Positions 23,366 to 37,586 of a stretch of DNA of 64,000 bases are shown piece after piece. Position numbers and translations under genes: made by a program. The stretch is from Eukaryota sp. GEM-RC1 (taxonomy: Eukaryota). The stretch spans positions 1,860,001 through 1,924,000 of the forward strand of contig JAUFOQ010000004.1 of NCBI GenBank assembly GCA_040285855.1. The letters are read 5' to 3'. Below the pieces are notes generated by a model, which saw only the letters and a list, made by a program, of their open reading frames with translations, ran no database searches and had not been told where the DNA came from. Numbering within the stretch: the stretch's first letter is position 1; each line of letters begins with the position of its first letter.

Positions 23366-25804
23366 TGAACAAATCAAGTTTCAAGAACATTTATCCTCTT
23401 CTACCAGTGCATTTAGTAAGTTAACTTACAGTCAATAAAACTCAATTATGATAAAACAATTAAAAAACCAGAAATCCCACATGGACTTTAGTATCAATTT
23501 GCAACTGTTAGATGAAAACAGTATTGCCTATAAATCAAATCGTTAATTGAGCGCAATACACGTCCAAATAAAGTCAGTTGGTTTCCACTCCGTTACAGGG
23601 GACTTTTTCCAAATCAATAATGGCCCGTTTTCACCCATTATGAACTTGACAAGTTCCGAACTCTTTAGCCTAAAATGTATAAAAATACATACAAACTTAT
23701 TCGCACTTCCTCAAGTGAAATCATGCTCAACGAGAGCAAAAACATCTGTAAAAAAGACAGAATTATTACTGGTTTTAACCCCTCTTTTGTATTATCTTGA
23801 AGAAGCTGCTACGAATTTCAAAGTGGAAAATGATGTTTTTGTGCTATCTGTTATTTTGTACAATTGTTTAGGTTAAAAACTTCTAGTGAACTAAAACAAT
23901 CAATGACCTTTGGAAGGCATCATCAACAAGACCCCATTTGCTGCAAAATGCAATTGACCGCCTGCATCTGTTGAAATTCATTGCTTTTGACTTGTTTGAT
24001 GGAAACAAGCAGAAAATCAGAGAAAGATCTACTATGAGAGTGATTAAAAGAAGATCACCAAAATTGTGACAAAATCAAAAATCAAAATTATACTAGTAGA
24101 ATCATGTGTGAAAAAAAGTCACCGCGTTAGAGTTCGAGGAACTGACTTCCTGAAACATTTTTCAATTCACGAATTTGACTCTGAATATTTGAAATTGAAA
24201 GAAGATTATATGGGAACACATTCTAATTTGCCCAATTACTCAGAAATTCTTGCCCAGAAACCTTCTCTTATCTTTGAAGACAATCAAAAGGATTACTCAT
24301 CTGACCACCCCTGGACCAGATTGTTCAGATTAAACGCCAAGAAGACATGAAAAAGGTCGCAAAAAAATCTAATATTTAATTACTCATAACCTTCGATGGT
24401 TGGACCAACCGTCGCTATGTCAAAGTGCCACCGGACGTCCACAGTCACCTAGAATGGCCGCAACTGACTGAACTCAAGAAGAGTTGAGAGATCACCGATC
24501 TCTTTTTGAATATTTAGAAGATCATCCACTATATGGCTTCTTCCAAGCGTTTGACAGTTTCATTTGTAGAAAAATCATTCATTTCAAGAAATACGAACAA
24601 CATTTTCCAAAAAACGGGTTTTCCTGCGAATCTGCGACTGCCATCAAGAGGTTGCCTTCTGCTCCTCATTTGATTGACTGAGTTCATTACAATGAATTCG
24701 GTGGATTCAAGCAGCCGAATCCGGGTCACTCATCACCTGATCTCTACTCTTAATCAGACTCACGAGGTGCACGTCGGCCTTGCCTTGATGAAGCAATGTG
24801 CATTTTCGAAAGCTACAACCATTGGTTGAGTTGTTCTGGATTTTTTTTAAATCCCAACTGACAAACTAATTTGTCATTATATTTCAACCTTGTGAATGAG
24901 AAAGAGCAACTCTTAAGTATAAATTCTCAAGGACAAAGTTAATAAGTGAAATGGTTGAAATTGCTTCGATCATTACAACAAATTGAATCAATACAACACG
25001 ATTTCCAAAAGAATGTGATGACGAGGACAAAATGTGGAATCGTAACAAGTTACCATGTATCAACATCACAGTTACTGTGGAGCATCAATTGGAGTGGGGT
25101 CTAGGAGTTAGATCCCGTTATTTGATATAGTCTGTATTTACGGTGAATCAGTACAGTAATTATCTGAATTGAGAAGTTCACACTTAAGGACGGTTCGCAG
25201 ATATCTGGAGAATCCTGTAACGATCACTATTAGTGCAGTCGAAGAGATGTCTGCTTATCTACAGTGAGTCCTCCCTTCTAACTAAATTTGGAAGGACCCA
25301 CAGTTATGATTCCTGAATTGGACAAATAATTGGTCGGATGAAACGAATTTTTACTGTTTAATTTGTGAATAGAAACCGTATCTTGCCGATGTGGTGACAG
25401 CAAAACGCTCTTTCAGAAGACTTCTGCCCCATCGATGCAGGTCGAATGCACTTTACTTCTAAGTAACAGATTGATTTTATTTAACTGAACAAGAATAAGA
25501 TTAATTGAATATAACAAAAAATGAGACACTAGAGTGATATTTGGAAGTATGTAACATTATATGCTTGTTTTTAGGTCGTAGAAAATGAAGATCAATTCAA
25601 TGTATTTTACGACCAATCACAGACTGCGGATTTAAGATGTAACAGAATCACTGATACCGGGATAGTTTGGGCAGCATGCAGTTCTTCAGGTAGGTCGTCA
25701 CTTTGATATGAATGTTGGCTCTTAAACCTAGTTACTGTTACATTCACGAAGGATATCTGTATACGGTTTCAGAGAACACTTCCTCTCTCCACAGACCACC
25801 TTCA

Positions 25805-28429
25805 ATGGACTCACTTCACATTGACTCACCCTTTTCTCCTAGATCGTATGATATCAACCTCTTTCTGAACTACGATGATCCCTCCTTTGTCATTGAGCTG
25901 ACTCTATTGGGGTACCTTTCTGCTCCAGCCACTCAGTTGTCCTTTCATTCAGTTGGTCATACGTTTAATCTCCCAAACTGCTGTATCACGCCTACTGGTG
26001 GTCACAAAGTTCCAGTCATTGATGTTGTTTCTTCTACATCTTCTCAAACAGTTACCTTTGTTTTTGCCTCGGAAATTCCTCCTTCAGTTTCTAAGTTGAC
26101 TCTTTCCTATTCGGGACCAATCACTTCGAACATGTGTGGAATCTACACTTCGCCCCAAAGTGAAAGATTTCAAATATTGACTCAATTTGAACCGTGTGAC
26201 AGCAGAAAGCTTTTAGTTTCATTAGATCAACCTAATGTCAAGCAAATCTTTTCATTAACAATTCATAACATTCCCAAGTCTTTCACCGCTCTATCCAACA
26301 CTGAAATTCTTAAAACCACAGTAAAAGGTCAGGTAAAATCTGTTTCGTTTTGTAAGACACTTCCTCTACCTACATATCTGTTTGCTTTCTTCGTTGGTCT
26401 TGTTGATCAAATCTCCTGTCACTCTGACTCAGGAGTCTTAGTTTCAGTTTACTCACCATGTGGGAAAAGTGAATGGGGAAAGTTTGCTTTAGAAGTTGCC
26501 ACAAGAGCTCTAGACTTCTTTTCTGACTATTTTGACTACACGTACCCTTACTCAAAGATTGATCACGTAGCTGTAGATTATTTTGCTGCGGGAGCTATGG
26601 AAAACCAGGGTCTTGCAATTTACAGAAGTTCACGATTACTCTACTCCCAAGATCTTCCCCTTCAAGACAAGATTGGAATAGCTAGAGTTGTAGCTCATGA
26701 AACTGTTCACATGTGGTTTGGTAACTTAGTGACTTTAAGTAGTTGGGATGAGCTCTATCTTAATGAAGGGTTTGCGAGATTGATGGAGTATTTCTGTGTG
26801 TCGGAGTTATACCCAGAATTTCGCCAAAATTTAAATTATCTACTGGAATGCCGTGAAGCAGCGTTGTATGCTGATGGATTTTACACCTCTAGGCCTTTGA
26901 AGACTTCTCTGTCATCAGTTGAGGAAGTTGATTCGATTTTTGACCCTATCTCGTATTCAAAGGGATCAATGTTATTAAGGATGATTCAACTGTTGAATCC
27001 TGATTGGAAAACGAATTTGCACCAATATTTGAAAAAGTTTGAGTTTTCTAATGTTTTTGGTCGTGATTTATTTGAAATACTGAAATATTCACATCATCAT
27101 CACCACTTTTTACCAAAGTACGACCTTATAGTCGACGAAATTCTCAAAACAAGGGGATTTCCTCTTATTTCTGTCAACAATGTTCATTTCGATATGCAAC
27201 ACCGACATGTCAAGTTTACACTAGAACAGTTTGAGTATCACAATTTTTCAAATATCTCAATTCCTACACAGAGAACAATTCCAATATCAGTGTCTACCTC
27301 ATCATCACTTGAAAATCCATCTTTTCTGATGTTAAATCAAAAATCACAAGAGTTTATCATTGACTTTAATCCACTCGATCGCCACCAAAACAGTTTAATT
27401 TTCAACATAGATTCCGTGTCTTTTTGTCGATTTCTCTACTCCGAATCAAGAAGTTTCTTTAGAATTTTGAATCTAATTGAACTACAATCACTACCAATTT
27501 CATTTATAATTTCGTTCATTCTGGATCTTGTCTCAACTTCACAGAGTTTCCACTCCTCTTTAGGTGAATTGTTCCTAGCAATTGTTACTGCTTCCAAGTA
27601 TACTGATCTCTTTATCTGGAGAGTAATTGAAAAGTCTATTGAAGTCTTTCAAAACTTGAAATCTGAAAAAGTTAATCATTTGATTTTGACTGAAGTGATT
27701 GAACCTACTTATTTCAAATTATTTCCTGGAGGTCGGATTGATTTTGAAAACCTTCCCAAGTCAAACTGCGAGATGTTGGCAATGATAATCAGAATAGCTC
27801 ACAAACTAGGCTCTACTTTTTACTCATGATTCTTTGCTTCACTTCACTGAAAAACATGTTGTTGATGCTGATTCTTTTCCATTATTATGCGCTTAATATC
27901 TCCAGAGTTCTGGCCTACACTATTACTACTCTTACCTTCAGTTGTTCCTAATGATCTTATGTTCAGAGGTTTGACTACTTTATATGGCAAAACTCAGCAT
28001 CCAACACATAAGAAACATTTGATCTCTGCTTTGGGGTCAATCAGTGATGTGAAGGTCATGCATCACGTTTTTGATTGGAGTTTGGTTAATGTACCACTGA
28101 ATAATCTTGTTTTCTTATTATCATCGTCTTCGAAGGTGAATCCAGTAGAAACACGGAAATTCTTCCTCCAAAAATATGAATTTTTTAAATCTACTTCTGG
28201 TGGACTTTTTCTTCTAGGAAATCTCATTGCTGCAGCTGGAAGGTATCTCGAAGATGAAGAATCTGTAAGCACCATTGATGATATGTTGAGTCAGGATTTG
28301 AATCCATCAGAACGAAAGTCTTTAGTAAACTTGAGGGACACGTGTGTTGGGAGATTGAAGCTTCGAACTAAAGTCTTTGGATTCCTTTCATTTTTGACCA
28401 GTTATTATGAGTTAGGACATTTTGTCTAG
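25805..28429 (+). CDS. M1 family (puromycin-sensitive-like) aminopeptidase
   Basis: TQFEP, GAMEN, HETVH-x18-E, ISYSKG. The C-terminal part (27887-28429) follows two compensating T-run indels at 27817-27878. Confidence 0.92.
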
Positions 28430-29090
28430 AGTATAATAAAGAATATAATTGAAAACATTTTAATCTATTCCACTACTGGTTCTTTATGATGCGTTTTGCA
28501 ACACCCACTCAAGTGAAATGACTTGAGTTTTGACTACTTTTTTTCAGATCACTGGTTAAGCATGAATCTGACTAGAATCATTTCTCGAGCCAAGATGAAT
28601 TTCTCGATGTAAAGTTGCATCCAGCTGTGTGGCTAATCGTGGATGGATTTTTGTACATCAATCAAGATATTATCAATGACGGAGCTGAACTGTTTTTGAA
28701 AAAACCGCAAATGTGTGTCTGCCAGCTTCCCTATGATTGTTTGTTACTTGACAAACAAAGCGGAATAAGTAGAATACCAAACTTACAAGTAGGTTAACAT
28801 AAACTGTAATATGTTTCCTATAGTGTTGCACCTGGGCTCAGCCCCAGCCTATAAACTGACACTTTCATGTTGAACATTTTGCAAGTCATTTCACTTTCAT
28901 CACTCAGTTCTGACAACTTTGTCTTCTAACATTGTTTTCTAGTAGTTTGGCACAATCACATTGTTCACAGCCACCAGCTATTATGATTCCGAGTCAGTTA
29001 AGAAATCTGTAATAGTGTCAATGTCCAACATGTAGACATGACAACACTATTAACAGCTTGATCAAATCACTGCAGTACTGATCTCTTATC

Positions 29091-31158
29091 ATGTCACAGC
29101 ATTCACCAGCGGTATTATCGTCGCTTGAATCTCTCTCAGAACCTTGCGACCAGACCATAGTCTTCCGAAATACACAATTCCACGTTCATCGGCTTGTCTT
29201 GGGTGCATCTTCCTTGTACTTCCATGACCTCTGGACAGGAAATTGGAAAGACACTGCTGAAACGACAATCGTCATTGAAGACCTACCTGTTTCCACCTCT
29301 TCTTTCAAACTATTAATTGGCTTCTTTTACGGAAAACAGTTGTGCATTACCAGTGATCTCTACTACCAACTCTTCTATCTTTCCCGCTACTTCCGTGTTA
29401 CCGAGCTTGAAAGAACATGCGCTGCTGTAATAGAAGAAAAGCTGAACAATGATCCCGGTTTCTTATCTATTGCAGTTTCAGAAGCTCTGCAGGAAGGCGA
29501 TCTACACTTCTTGTCCTTCAGAGACCTCTCAAAAGTCTTGCTCGAGGGGGATGTCTGTCCATCAGTGACCTCTCCAGAAGTACTGGAATACTATGCTGAG
29601 ACGATTGCTTCTCCCAGATTGTGGGGTTGGTTATATGACAGCATTGTTGCATCATGTAATGTAATGAATTGGACACCAGAAGATCTGGTCAAAAAGAACC
29701 TAGACTGTATTTCTTACCAGTCAAACAATTTGTTTGTTTTTAATGAACGGTTGGTTTGTCCGTTAAAAGAAAAAACTGACTTCGAAAACGTTCTGTTTGA
29801 TCTTTCTATTACCTTCATTAAGAATTCCAACGACCTTATTCCCAAAGAGTTATCCTTGTGGTTGCTGAATGTATGTGCCAATAACAGTGAGCTATATGAT
29901 CGACTGTCCATCATTTTACATCGTGTTGTTGATTCTATTATGTCTGTACCAGTTATTGAACTAAGGAATATACATCGGCTACTGTTAGAGGAACCAAGTT
30001 CTAAACATGTTAAAAGCTTACTACGTTGTCTTGTGAAGTCCTGGCAATCTCTCCCTACCACGAATAAGGAAACTAACTGTGAACTCTTCTCCGAGTTTGT
30101 TCAATGTTTAGATCTTTCTTTGGTATCTGCCCATTGGATGTTCAATAATTTTTATATTCCACTCAAAGACGATGATTTGATTGATGATGTTCTTGAAGAA
30201 GTGTACTCAAACGTAATCACTCCTAGACTTACTGATGTTTGCTCAGACGTATCTTGGAGCAATTTTCTGTCTCCTCCTACACATATCTCTGAAACAATTA
30301 CTGAAAGCTATCTATTGACAGTATGTTATCTCTGTAACAAAGACACTGTGGAAACAGAAATTGATCGGACTATTGAACTTTTCACTACACTTCACCACAG
30401 TAATCATTCGGCATTAACAAACAAAGTTGTTGATACTTTCCGCAAAAATGAGTTTCTTGTACCAAAATTAATGGCATCATCAGCTTTGATTCGAATCTTT
30501 ACAGCTCATGCAAGTCTAAGCCAGTCAGATATCACTACTTGGGCTGATAAAGTTTCTACTGTCTTGTCTACTGAAGAAAGATTATCCCTTATGAATTCTA
30601 ACATCCCAGTTACTTGGAAAATGGTGATGTTTAAGAGTCTTATCAAAGAACAGCCTGATGTAACAAAGCTTGCTTTTCTCTTTGGTCAACATGTCATCAA
30701 TGATTTGGAAGTCACTTATGATTGGCTTCAATTGATTTGGAACATACCAAAATCTCGTAGACTTTTTTTTCTTGGGCAGACCTGAAGATCTTCCCAATGT
30801 CGAAGTTTGTTATCGATCCTCATTTTGTGCACTCTTCTTCTCTCGTGATAGTCCTGGAACGTCAATGAAGGTTAGAAGTGTTACAGCTGGGCATTCTCCG
30901 TCTGGTTCGTACCCTCGATACGTTGTCTTTCATGATTCTGTCAGCGGTCCTTTATCAGTAACAACTCCCTTGGGTTCAATTGCTGTTAAACCTGCGTCAA
31001 CTACTAAGAAATTCGCTGAAGGTATGAGAATTCGTTTGGTCTCTGATGGAGATGTACACGTAGTGGATTCTGCAACGTCAAATATCGTTGACCACAATGA
31101 ACAATCTTTAGTATTGTATACGGCTAAACAAGTAGATTATATATTGTTGTTTCTATAA
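29091..31158 (+). CDS. BTB/POZ-domain protein, frame break at a T8 run near 30765
   Basis: FHVHRLVLGASSLYFHDLW...LLIGFFYG...LSRYFRVTELERTC. The downstream ORF overlaps at the T run. Confidence 0.85.
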
Positions 31159-31892
31159 GGTGATAAAGTGATTTGTTCTTCAATGTAATGTAAGTTTGGA
31201 AAAAATTATATTCAAAGTATGTTCAAAATGAGGATTCAAAAATATCGCAAAGAAGAGAACAAACAACGTCATGCATTTCGAGAAATGTCAAGAAGAAGAA
31301 AACAGGAAAGGAAAGCTAAAAAGGAAAAAATAAAATAAAATATTATTTATTGTTTGTATATCTGTTTGTATAAATTTGATTTTAACAAAAAATGAACAGT
31401 CGTTAGTAGACTGACAGATGAAAGAACTAATTCTTACCGACACTACTATACCTTGTAATTCAGTAGTTATGTGTTAGTCAATTGGGAACAATTGGGTGCT
31501 CTTTGTGTCCTCACTGAATTTAGAAAAATTGATAGTTTGTTAAACAGACATCGTTCAATGTAATACTCATAAAAGGCAATGTACACGAATTATTTTGATC
31601 ATATATTTTTGTCCGAATCGCATTTTCTTTACAATCTTCAGAAGGATTATTGATGTACTCTCAAAATCCGTTGTAGCTCGTAGTACTTTTTCGAAAAAAT
31701 GTTGTTCCAATGACGTCATGCTTTAAGGACAATTATCGAAATCGAGTTCTAAAACGAATTGATACATATATAGTACATTTCTACCTTTTTCTGATTGAAC
31801 CACTTATCATCCTACATCTAATAACAACAACAAAAATCGACGAAGTTTGATTTAATGAATGGAAAACAAAATTTTGCTAAATAATTTAAAAT

Positions 31893-33269
31893 CTAATTGC
31901 TAGGTCGAGAAGCCTTCATTTGAGCTATTTGCTCAGCCGTGAGTTTAACGGTCTTCTTTTTGATTAACTCGTCCTTGATCTCTTTATTCCTCATGTAATC
32001 ATCAAAAATCAAAGATAATTGGTCAGTATTCAAAGAAGTGATGAACTCTCCAAAAACATCATTTTTTAAAATTCTCTCAGCCATGCTCTGGTACAGCACC
32101 TCCTTCTTAAACAACAACCGTTCTTCATGATTATAGAAACCATCATCCACACGATCACCAAACTTTTCAAAATAATAATAAAACTCTACATAATCAAGTA
32201 AAAGTCCTTCACTTGGAGCTTTTGGTGTGGGTAAATGCTTCTGGGCTAGTAAAGCTTCCTTGATGTAGTTTCTGGGCAACATACATTTAGAAACTGCAAT
32301 GGCTGTGCCAATCATTTTCCTGATTTGATGGAGGAGGAAACTTCTACCATGGAACTTTACAATAACAAAGGGGATTGAGACTCCCGGAATCTGAAAGCGG
32401 TCAACTGTAACCTCTAGAATATCACGTTTACATTTGGGATCCGTGGGACCAAGTTGAGCGGTGAAGTTGAAGAAGTTGTGAGTCCCTACAAAGTCTTGCA
32501 GTAATGAAGCAAAGTCTTCTAGACCAGCGTCGGATAAGCTCCAGTTATCAGCAGAAGAGGGTTTAAGAACGTCCTCAGGCATCATGTATTCGTAATGTCT
32601 ACTAGTTCCACTCTTTCTTGCATCAAAAGAAGGGGTGACCCTAGTACAGTTCAGTATCCGGATATCAGAAGGAAGATGGGCATTGAGGAGAGAACGAACT
32701 ATTTCAGGTTCTGTTTCAATGAAGTTACCAGAGAGGACGTTTCCAGCAGCACTGACACCTTTATCAGTACGTCCAGCCCTAGAAACACGAGAAGCTTGGA
32801 GACAAGGTTTAGAAGGATGGTATAGGTCTGTGTCAAGAAGAGCTCGATGTAGTACAGACTCAACTGTCTCAACATCTGGTTGGATTTGTAGACCAGCATA
32901 GTTTGAACCTTCGTATGCTAGAAGCAAAGCATACTTGCGAGTCTTTTGGTTGTCATTGTCTGTACGGGGTTGTTTGGTGGGAGGTTCAACTAGTTCATCC
33001 ATTTCAGGTGTTGGATGATGTTTTGAGTCCGAAAAAGTGATTTCAGAAGCCAATTCGGCAGCAACTTCGGCAGCGTATTTTCTGGCCAGTTCATCAAAGT
33101 ATTGTTCGGAGGGACGTTTACGATCAAGTGGATAGTCCACACAGTGTTCGTAAGTCGGAGAAGCGTCAGTTGTTTCAGATTCTGATTCTACATATGCCTC
33201 AACATCTTCAGAATCAGAGTTTATGAAAGCAGACCAGTCACGTCGAGTTCTCTGTTTACGAGGAGACAT
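31893..33269 (-). CDS. PUS1: tRNA pseudouridine synthase 1 (TruA family)
   Basis: YEGSNYAGLQ, RAGRTDKGVSA, GTHNFFNFT, SFLLHQIRKMIG, PKAPSEGLLL. Confidence 0.93.
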   Translation of the reverse strand: MSPRKQRTRRDWSAFINSDSEDVEAYVESESETTDASPTYEHCVDYPLDRKRPSEQYFDELARKYAAEVAAELASEITFSDSKHHPTPEMDELVEPPTKQPRTDNDNQKTRKYALLLAYEGSNYAGLQIQPDVETVESVLHRALLDTDLYHPSKPCLQASRVSRAGRTDKGVSAAGNVLSGNFIETEPEIVRSLLNAHLPSDIRILNCTRVTPSFDARKSGTSRHYEYMMPEDVLKPSSADNWSLSDAGLEDFASLLQDFVGTHNFFNFTAQLGPTDPKCKRDILEVTVDRFQIPGVSIPFVIVKFHGRSFLLHQIRKMIGTAIAVSKCMLPRNYIKEALLAQKHLPTPKAPSEGLLLDYVEFYYYFEKFGDRVDDGFYNHEERLLFKKEVLYQSMAERILKNDVFGEFITSLNTDQLSLIFDDYMRNKEIKDELIKKKTVKLTAEQIAQMKASRPSN

Positions 33270-33330
33270 CAACAATTGAATATTTGAATTTGGTCAACAA
33301 CACTTTCTTCCCAGACTTTGATCTGTCTTA

Positions 33331-34562
33331 ATGGTTGAACTATCTGCTTACTTTGTGTCTTATGATGAGGTTGTACTTTCCAAACCCAAATTCTTCAAAG
33401 ATGAAGTAGAACTTCGCCAACAACGCGATGTTAAACTCTATCTCAACTGCACCAAAACCCCCACTTTATGTCTGGAACTCTTTGGATCACGTCTCATCGT
33501 CTTCTCTATTGTCCCTCATGCAATTCTTGTAAACTCTCACTTTCTCTCAAACAAATTCAATCTAACTCTTTAGACTACAAACGAGGCTTTCTTCGCCGTC
33601 ACCCTAAAGTCAACTTCACTTCTTCCTCTCTACCACCCAGACCAGGTCAACCACAACTCCCCCCACTTCCCATATGGCTTTCATTTCAACGTGCAGGAGC
33701 TACTGACTGCTACTCCTCCCTTCAAGCCGCTCTATCAGATCAAGCCTGGATCCTCCCTACCTCAACTGTCTCAGACTCTGCTCCTAGAGCTGCGGGGATC
33801 GCTGGAACTAAAGCAATGATAGAACATGAAAGGGAGGTTGCTAGATCTGCAGTAGATGGATTAGAAGAGCTCAATGATTTGAAAACCAAGGCTAAAGAAC
33901 TAACTGTATTGGCAAATCGTCTTGCTTCGTCAGTCAAGGAAGTTCAAAATGATTCGTCATCAGATCAGAAAACAGTGGAAGAAGCAGAAACACGTGTTAC
34001 TGATGTGCTTGATTCGCTGGGCTTTGCTTCAGTTGCTTCTAAGCATAATCATACACACGAAGAGTTTATTAACAGAGTTGCAGTTGAAATTTTGCAAGTT
34101 TTGGATCCGATTTTAAAAAAGAAGGAAAATTCACTCGGAATGATTGGTCTTTTTGATTGTTTTTGTTTGATTAATAGAGCTCGTGGTACGGAGTTATTAT
34201 CTCCAAATGATTTTTATTTGGCTTGTACTCGGTTAAAGTCTCTAAATGCTGGAATGCATTTACACAAATTTAGCTCAAAATCAATGGCAATCATGACTGG
34301 CAATAGCTTGACCGAAGTGTTGACTGTTATTAAAACCGCGATCATTGCAGAAACCGACATATATTTTAAAAATGTAAATGTTTCTGACACTATTACCATC
34401 AATAACGGCCACTATCGAGGATTTTCCGCAATGGAATTATCTACTTTACTCTCGATATCTTTGGGATTAGTAAAAGATTTAGTTCAAGCTGCAGAAGAAA
34501 AAGGTTTCCTTATACGAGATATATCAACACAAGGAACTTTATATTGGCTTAATATATTTTGA
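33331..34562 (+). CDS. VPS36: ESCRT-II subunit VPS36/EAP45, frame break at a C5 run near 33460
   Basis: GLUE domain (GTLWITSHRL...HPKV...LSF), AGIAG, GMIGLFDCFCLINRARGTELLSPND, C-terminal LIRD...YWLNIF. Confidence 0.9.
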
Positions 34563-34654
34563 AAATATTGTAATTTTTGCAACAATATTAAATATAGAAA
34601 AAATAAATACATACAAAATAGAATACAGTTTTAAATAACATTTAAATTTAAACA

Positions 34655-36363
34655 TTATATCAATTGCGTTTTCAGATTTCGGTTCACTTGTTCAGCAATT
34701 TCTTGACATTCATCCCGAAGATTTGAATAAGTCACAATATCATTGAATTTTTCGACATACATTTGAGTTTTTGTTATTTTAGCTTGTTGAATTGAAAAAA
34801 CCTTATCCATTTTAGCTAATTCTGCTGCCACATTATGTCGAGAAAGCGTTTTCTCCATATCCAAAATTTCAGTTTTTAAATTCTCAATCACATTTCCATA
34901 ATAACTTGCTCTTTTCTCAAGATTTCTCAACGATGACGTCAGCACTTGCCGATCCTTCTGGCACTTCTCTTTAATCTCGTCAGCGTTCGAAAACTGCTGC
35001 ATTTCAGTTTTCATTTTCCTAATTAAATTCATGAACTTTGTCTCTTCTTGCGATACACTTTCTTCCATTTTTTTCAGTTTCTGTAACTCTGCCTTCTTCA
35101 ATTTTAAAATTTCACTAGCCGACTTAGTTTCATTCTCCTTGACTGCCTTATCCAGCGAAAGAGAAGACAAATCAAGAGCAGCTGATGACGTGATCTTGAG
35201 CTCCTTTATCAAAAACAACACAAGATTATTAATCATTGCTGATTTCTCTTTGATTTTGTCTGTCAATTCTTTCTGCATGTTTGGATACTTGCTCATAAAC
35301 TCAGAAATATCCACCTCCTGCTTCTTCAACTGATCGTACTTAGCCAAACTCTTAGAATCCAACTTTTCAACAGACTTCTCTTGACTTTTCTCTTGTAGTC
35401 CAGAGATTTTGTCTTGCAACTCAAGATTACCTTCTCGGATAGCGTCGTGTTCTCCTTTAAGAGCTTGAATCTCAGTGTTTAATTCACGAACTCTATTGGT
35501 TAGTTGCCGCTTCTCTTCATCCGGACTCAAAGTCATTGCGTGCGAAGAAATCTCATGTTCAAGAGATTTGATTTCGGAAGTCAGTTGTTCATATTCCTGA
35601 ATCCAATCAAAATTAGAAGCATTGTTATTAGAAGAGATCTTGAGTTTGAGACCTTCCAAATCCGTTGATAACTGCCTGCAAACATCATCACCTTCCACAA
35701 TTGATTGCTGCAGCTGATCACGTTTATTTTTGAGCGATTCATACTGATGACGTGACGACTGATCCATCTCAGCCACCTGATGGCTTAAATCCTGCTCAAT
35801 CTGACGAATCCTCGAGGACAGTGATTCATTTTCTTCTTCCTTTTGTTTCCGCTGGTCAAACACCTGGTCCAACTTAACACTAAACTCGTGGTTCTCCTGT
35901 TGATAGCGATGGAGAAGGTCAGTGAGTGTGTGGAGGGCGTTGGGTTGTCCTTCTTCTAGGTTGTCAAAGACCATATTGGTATCAGCAAGTTGTGATTTGA
36001 GGTCGTCTAGTTCTTTGGAGAGTTTGACTTTCTTTCTTCTAAAGGAGTCTTCTTTTGGATGGCGGAAGTGATGGATGAGATTTTGTTGCGGGTGGATGAG
36101 ATTTCTTCAGCGGTTTCTTTGATGCGTTTGTTGAGTTCTTCAAGGACACAATTGCGATCATATACTTGACGAGAGTTTCCAGCAGATGTTGAGACTCCGA
36201 CTAAACCGTGTTGAGAAGAAGTGACAGGACGGTGTTGGACATTAGCTGTTCTTAAAGAAGCAACTCCGCGACCTGTAAGTGGGGTAGAGAGTCCACGAGA
36301 TCCAAGACCTTGTCTTGAAGTAAGAGGGCGCCCAGAAGCAGTACCCTGTTGGAAAGGATTCAT
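34655..36363 (-). CDS. IFT74: Intraflagellar transport protein 74, frame break near 36030
   Basis: N-terminal RPxT-rich segment, RQVYDRN...LNKRIKETAEEI, QLADTNMVFD, then a long coiled coil. Confidence 0.85.
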
Positions 36364-36409
36364 GTTTGTGGGAATTGTTTGAGACTCAAATCTGGAATTG
36401 GTAATGCAC

Positions 36410-36560
36410 AAAATGGTAAATGTAAACGTGTTCATTTAGCTACTGTGTCTCTTCTTTTGAGTTGTAACCGTTTCATTACATATCGAACTTGCATTCATTA
36501 TGCTCTCAGAGATCAAACTCATACCATGTGTAAATTCTACAAAATTATATGGAGTTAACT
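36410..36560 (+). mobile_element. CRE-like non-LTR retrotransposon fragment (zinc-knuckle region)
   Basis: LLSCNRFITYRTCIHYALRDQTHTMCKFYKI is homologous to 62520-62620. Confidence 0.65.
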
Positions 36561-37037
36561 TGTGATAAATAGTTTACATAATATCGATTTTGAGTATAAA
36601 TTATGTTTTTAACAAATTAAATTTTTCGTCGACTTGATAAAGATGATCTTGGTTTTATTTCTGATTTTGAGAACCTTGTTAAGAAGAGACCGAACAAGAA
36701 ACTTGATTGTTAGCTTTGGTTTAATCATGCTAGTATTGTCAATTCTGATTATTTCGAAAGCTCTATTGGCTCTCAAAATTTTCTATGAAGAAAACGCGGC
36801 AGTCAGTATCATCGGTAATGAATGTTGCTTTAGTGTCAGTCAGTTCTAGTTTTTGTTCTTATCTTACTGTTTGTGTTCAAGAACTCCTTACAAAAGTATA
36901 CTCATTCAGAGTTGAGTCAATGAGGACTGCAATTGTGGTTTATGGCGTTTTAGAGTATTTAAAAAGACAAGCACTCTACTCCAGATGATTAAAAGTTTGT
37001 TTGATGTGATTCTCACAGTTTTTGATTCTCCTGCCTT

Positions 37038-37586
37038 ATGAACGATGCGAAGTTAGCATTACCCGTATTCAAACCAAAGGTTAGGCAAGAGTTCCTAGCC
37101 GCTACTTCCACCCCTCTGGAAACCCAATCTTCCGTAAACTCTCCTTCAAATGAAGAACTTCTGTCCAACTCCGCTGCTTCTATTGACTGGAGTAATTTGA
37201 GCTCCAAGTTGAAGAATTGTTATTGTCAAATGGTGAGAAATGAGGTCTCTGAGATCTATCTAGATAACAGCTCAATTGATAATGAAGGCGCTGTTGCAAT
37301 TGCTGAAGCTTTAAAGGTGAATTCGTCTGTTTCTAGGATCTGTCTAAGTTACAACTCAATTGGTCCTGAAGGCGCTAAAGCAATTGCAGAGGCTATAAAG
37401 GTGAATTCGTCTCTTTCTTGCGTGAATCTAGAGCACAACTCAATTGGGAATGAAGGTGCTATTGCAATTTCTGAAGCTTTAAAGGTGAATTCGTCTCTTA
37501 AGGTGGTCTTTCAATTTAGCAACTCAATCAACAGACAAACAAAACAGTCATTAGAATCATTACACAAGAGTAGAGTCTGTTATTAA
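37038..37586 (+). CDS. Short LRR protein (about 4 repeats), same family as the 981 gene
   Basis: NSIGPEGAKAIAEAIKVNS-type repeats. Degenerate family-like sequence lies upstream. Confidence 0.75.
   Translation: MNDAKLALPVFKPKVRQEFLAATSTPLETQSSVNSPSNEELLSNSAASIDWSNLSSKLKNCYCQMVRNEVSEIYLDNSSIDNEGAVAIAEALKVNSSVSRICLSYNSIGPEGAKAIAEAIKVNSSLSCVNLEHNSIGNEGAIAISEALKVNSSLKVVFQFSNSINRQTKQSLESLHKSRVCY

Noticed and set aside
27827..27886. Four in-frame TGA codons in the aminopeptidase, suggesting stop-codon reassignment
   Set aside because: They fall between two compensating T-run indels and the shifted frame is open. Other long genes have no internal TGA.
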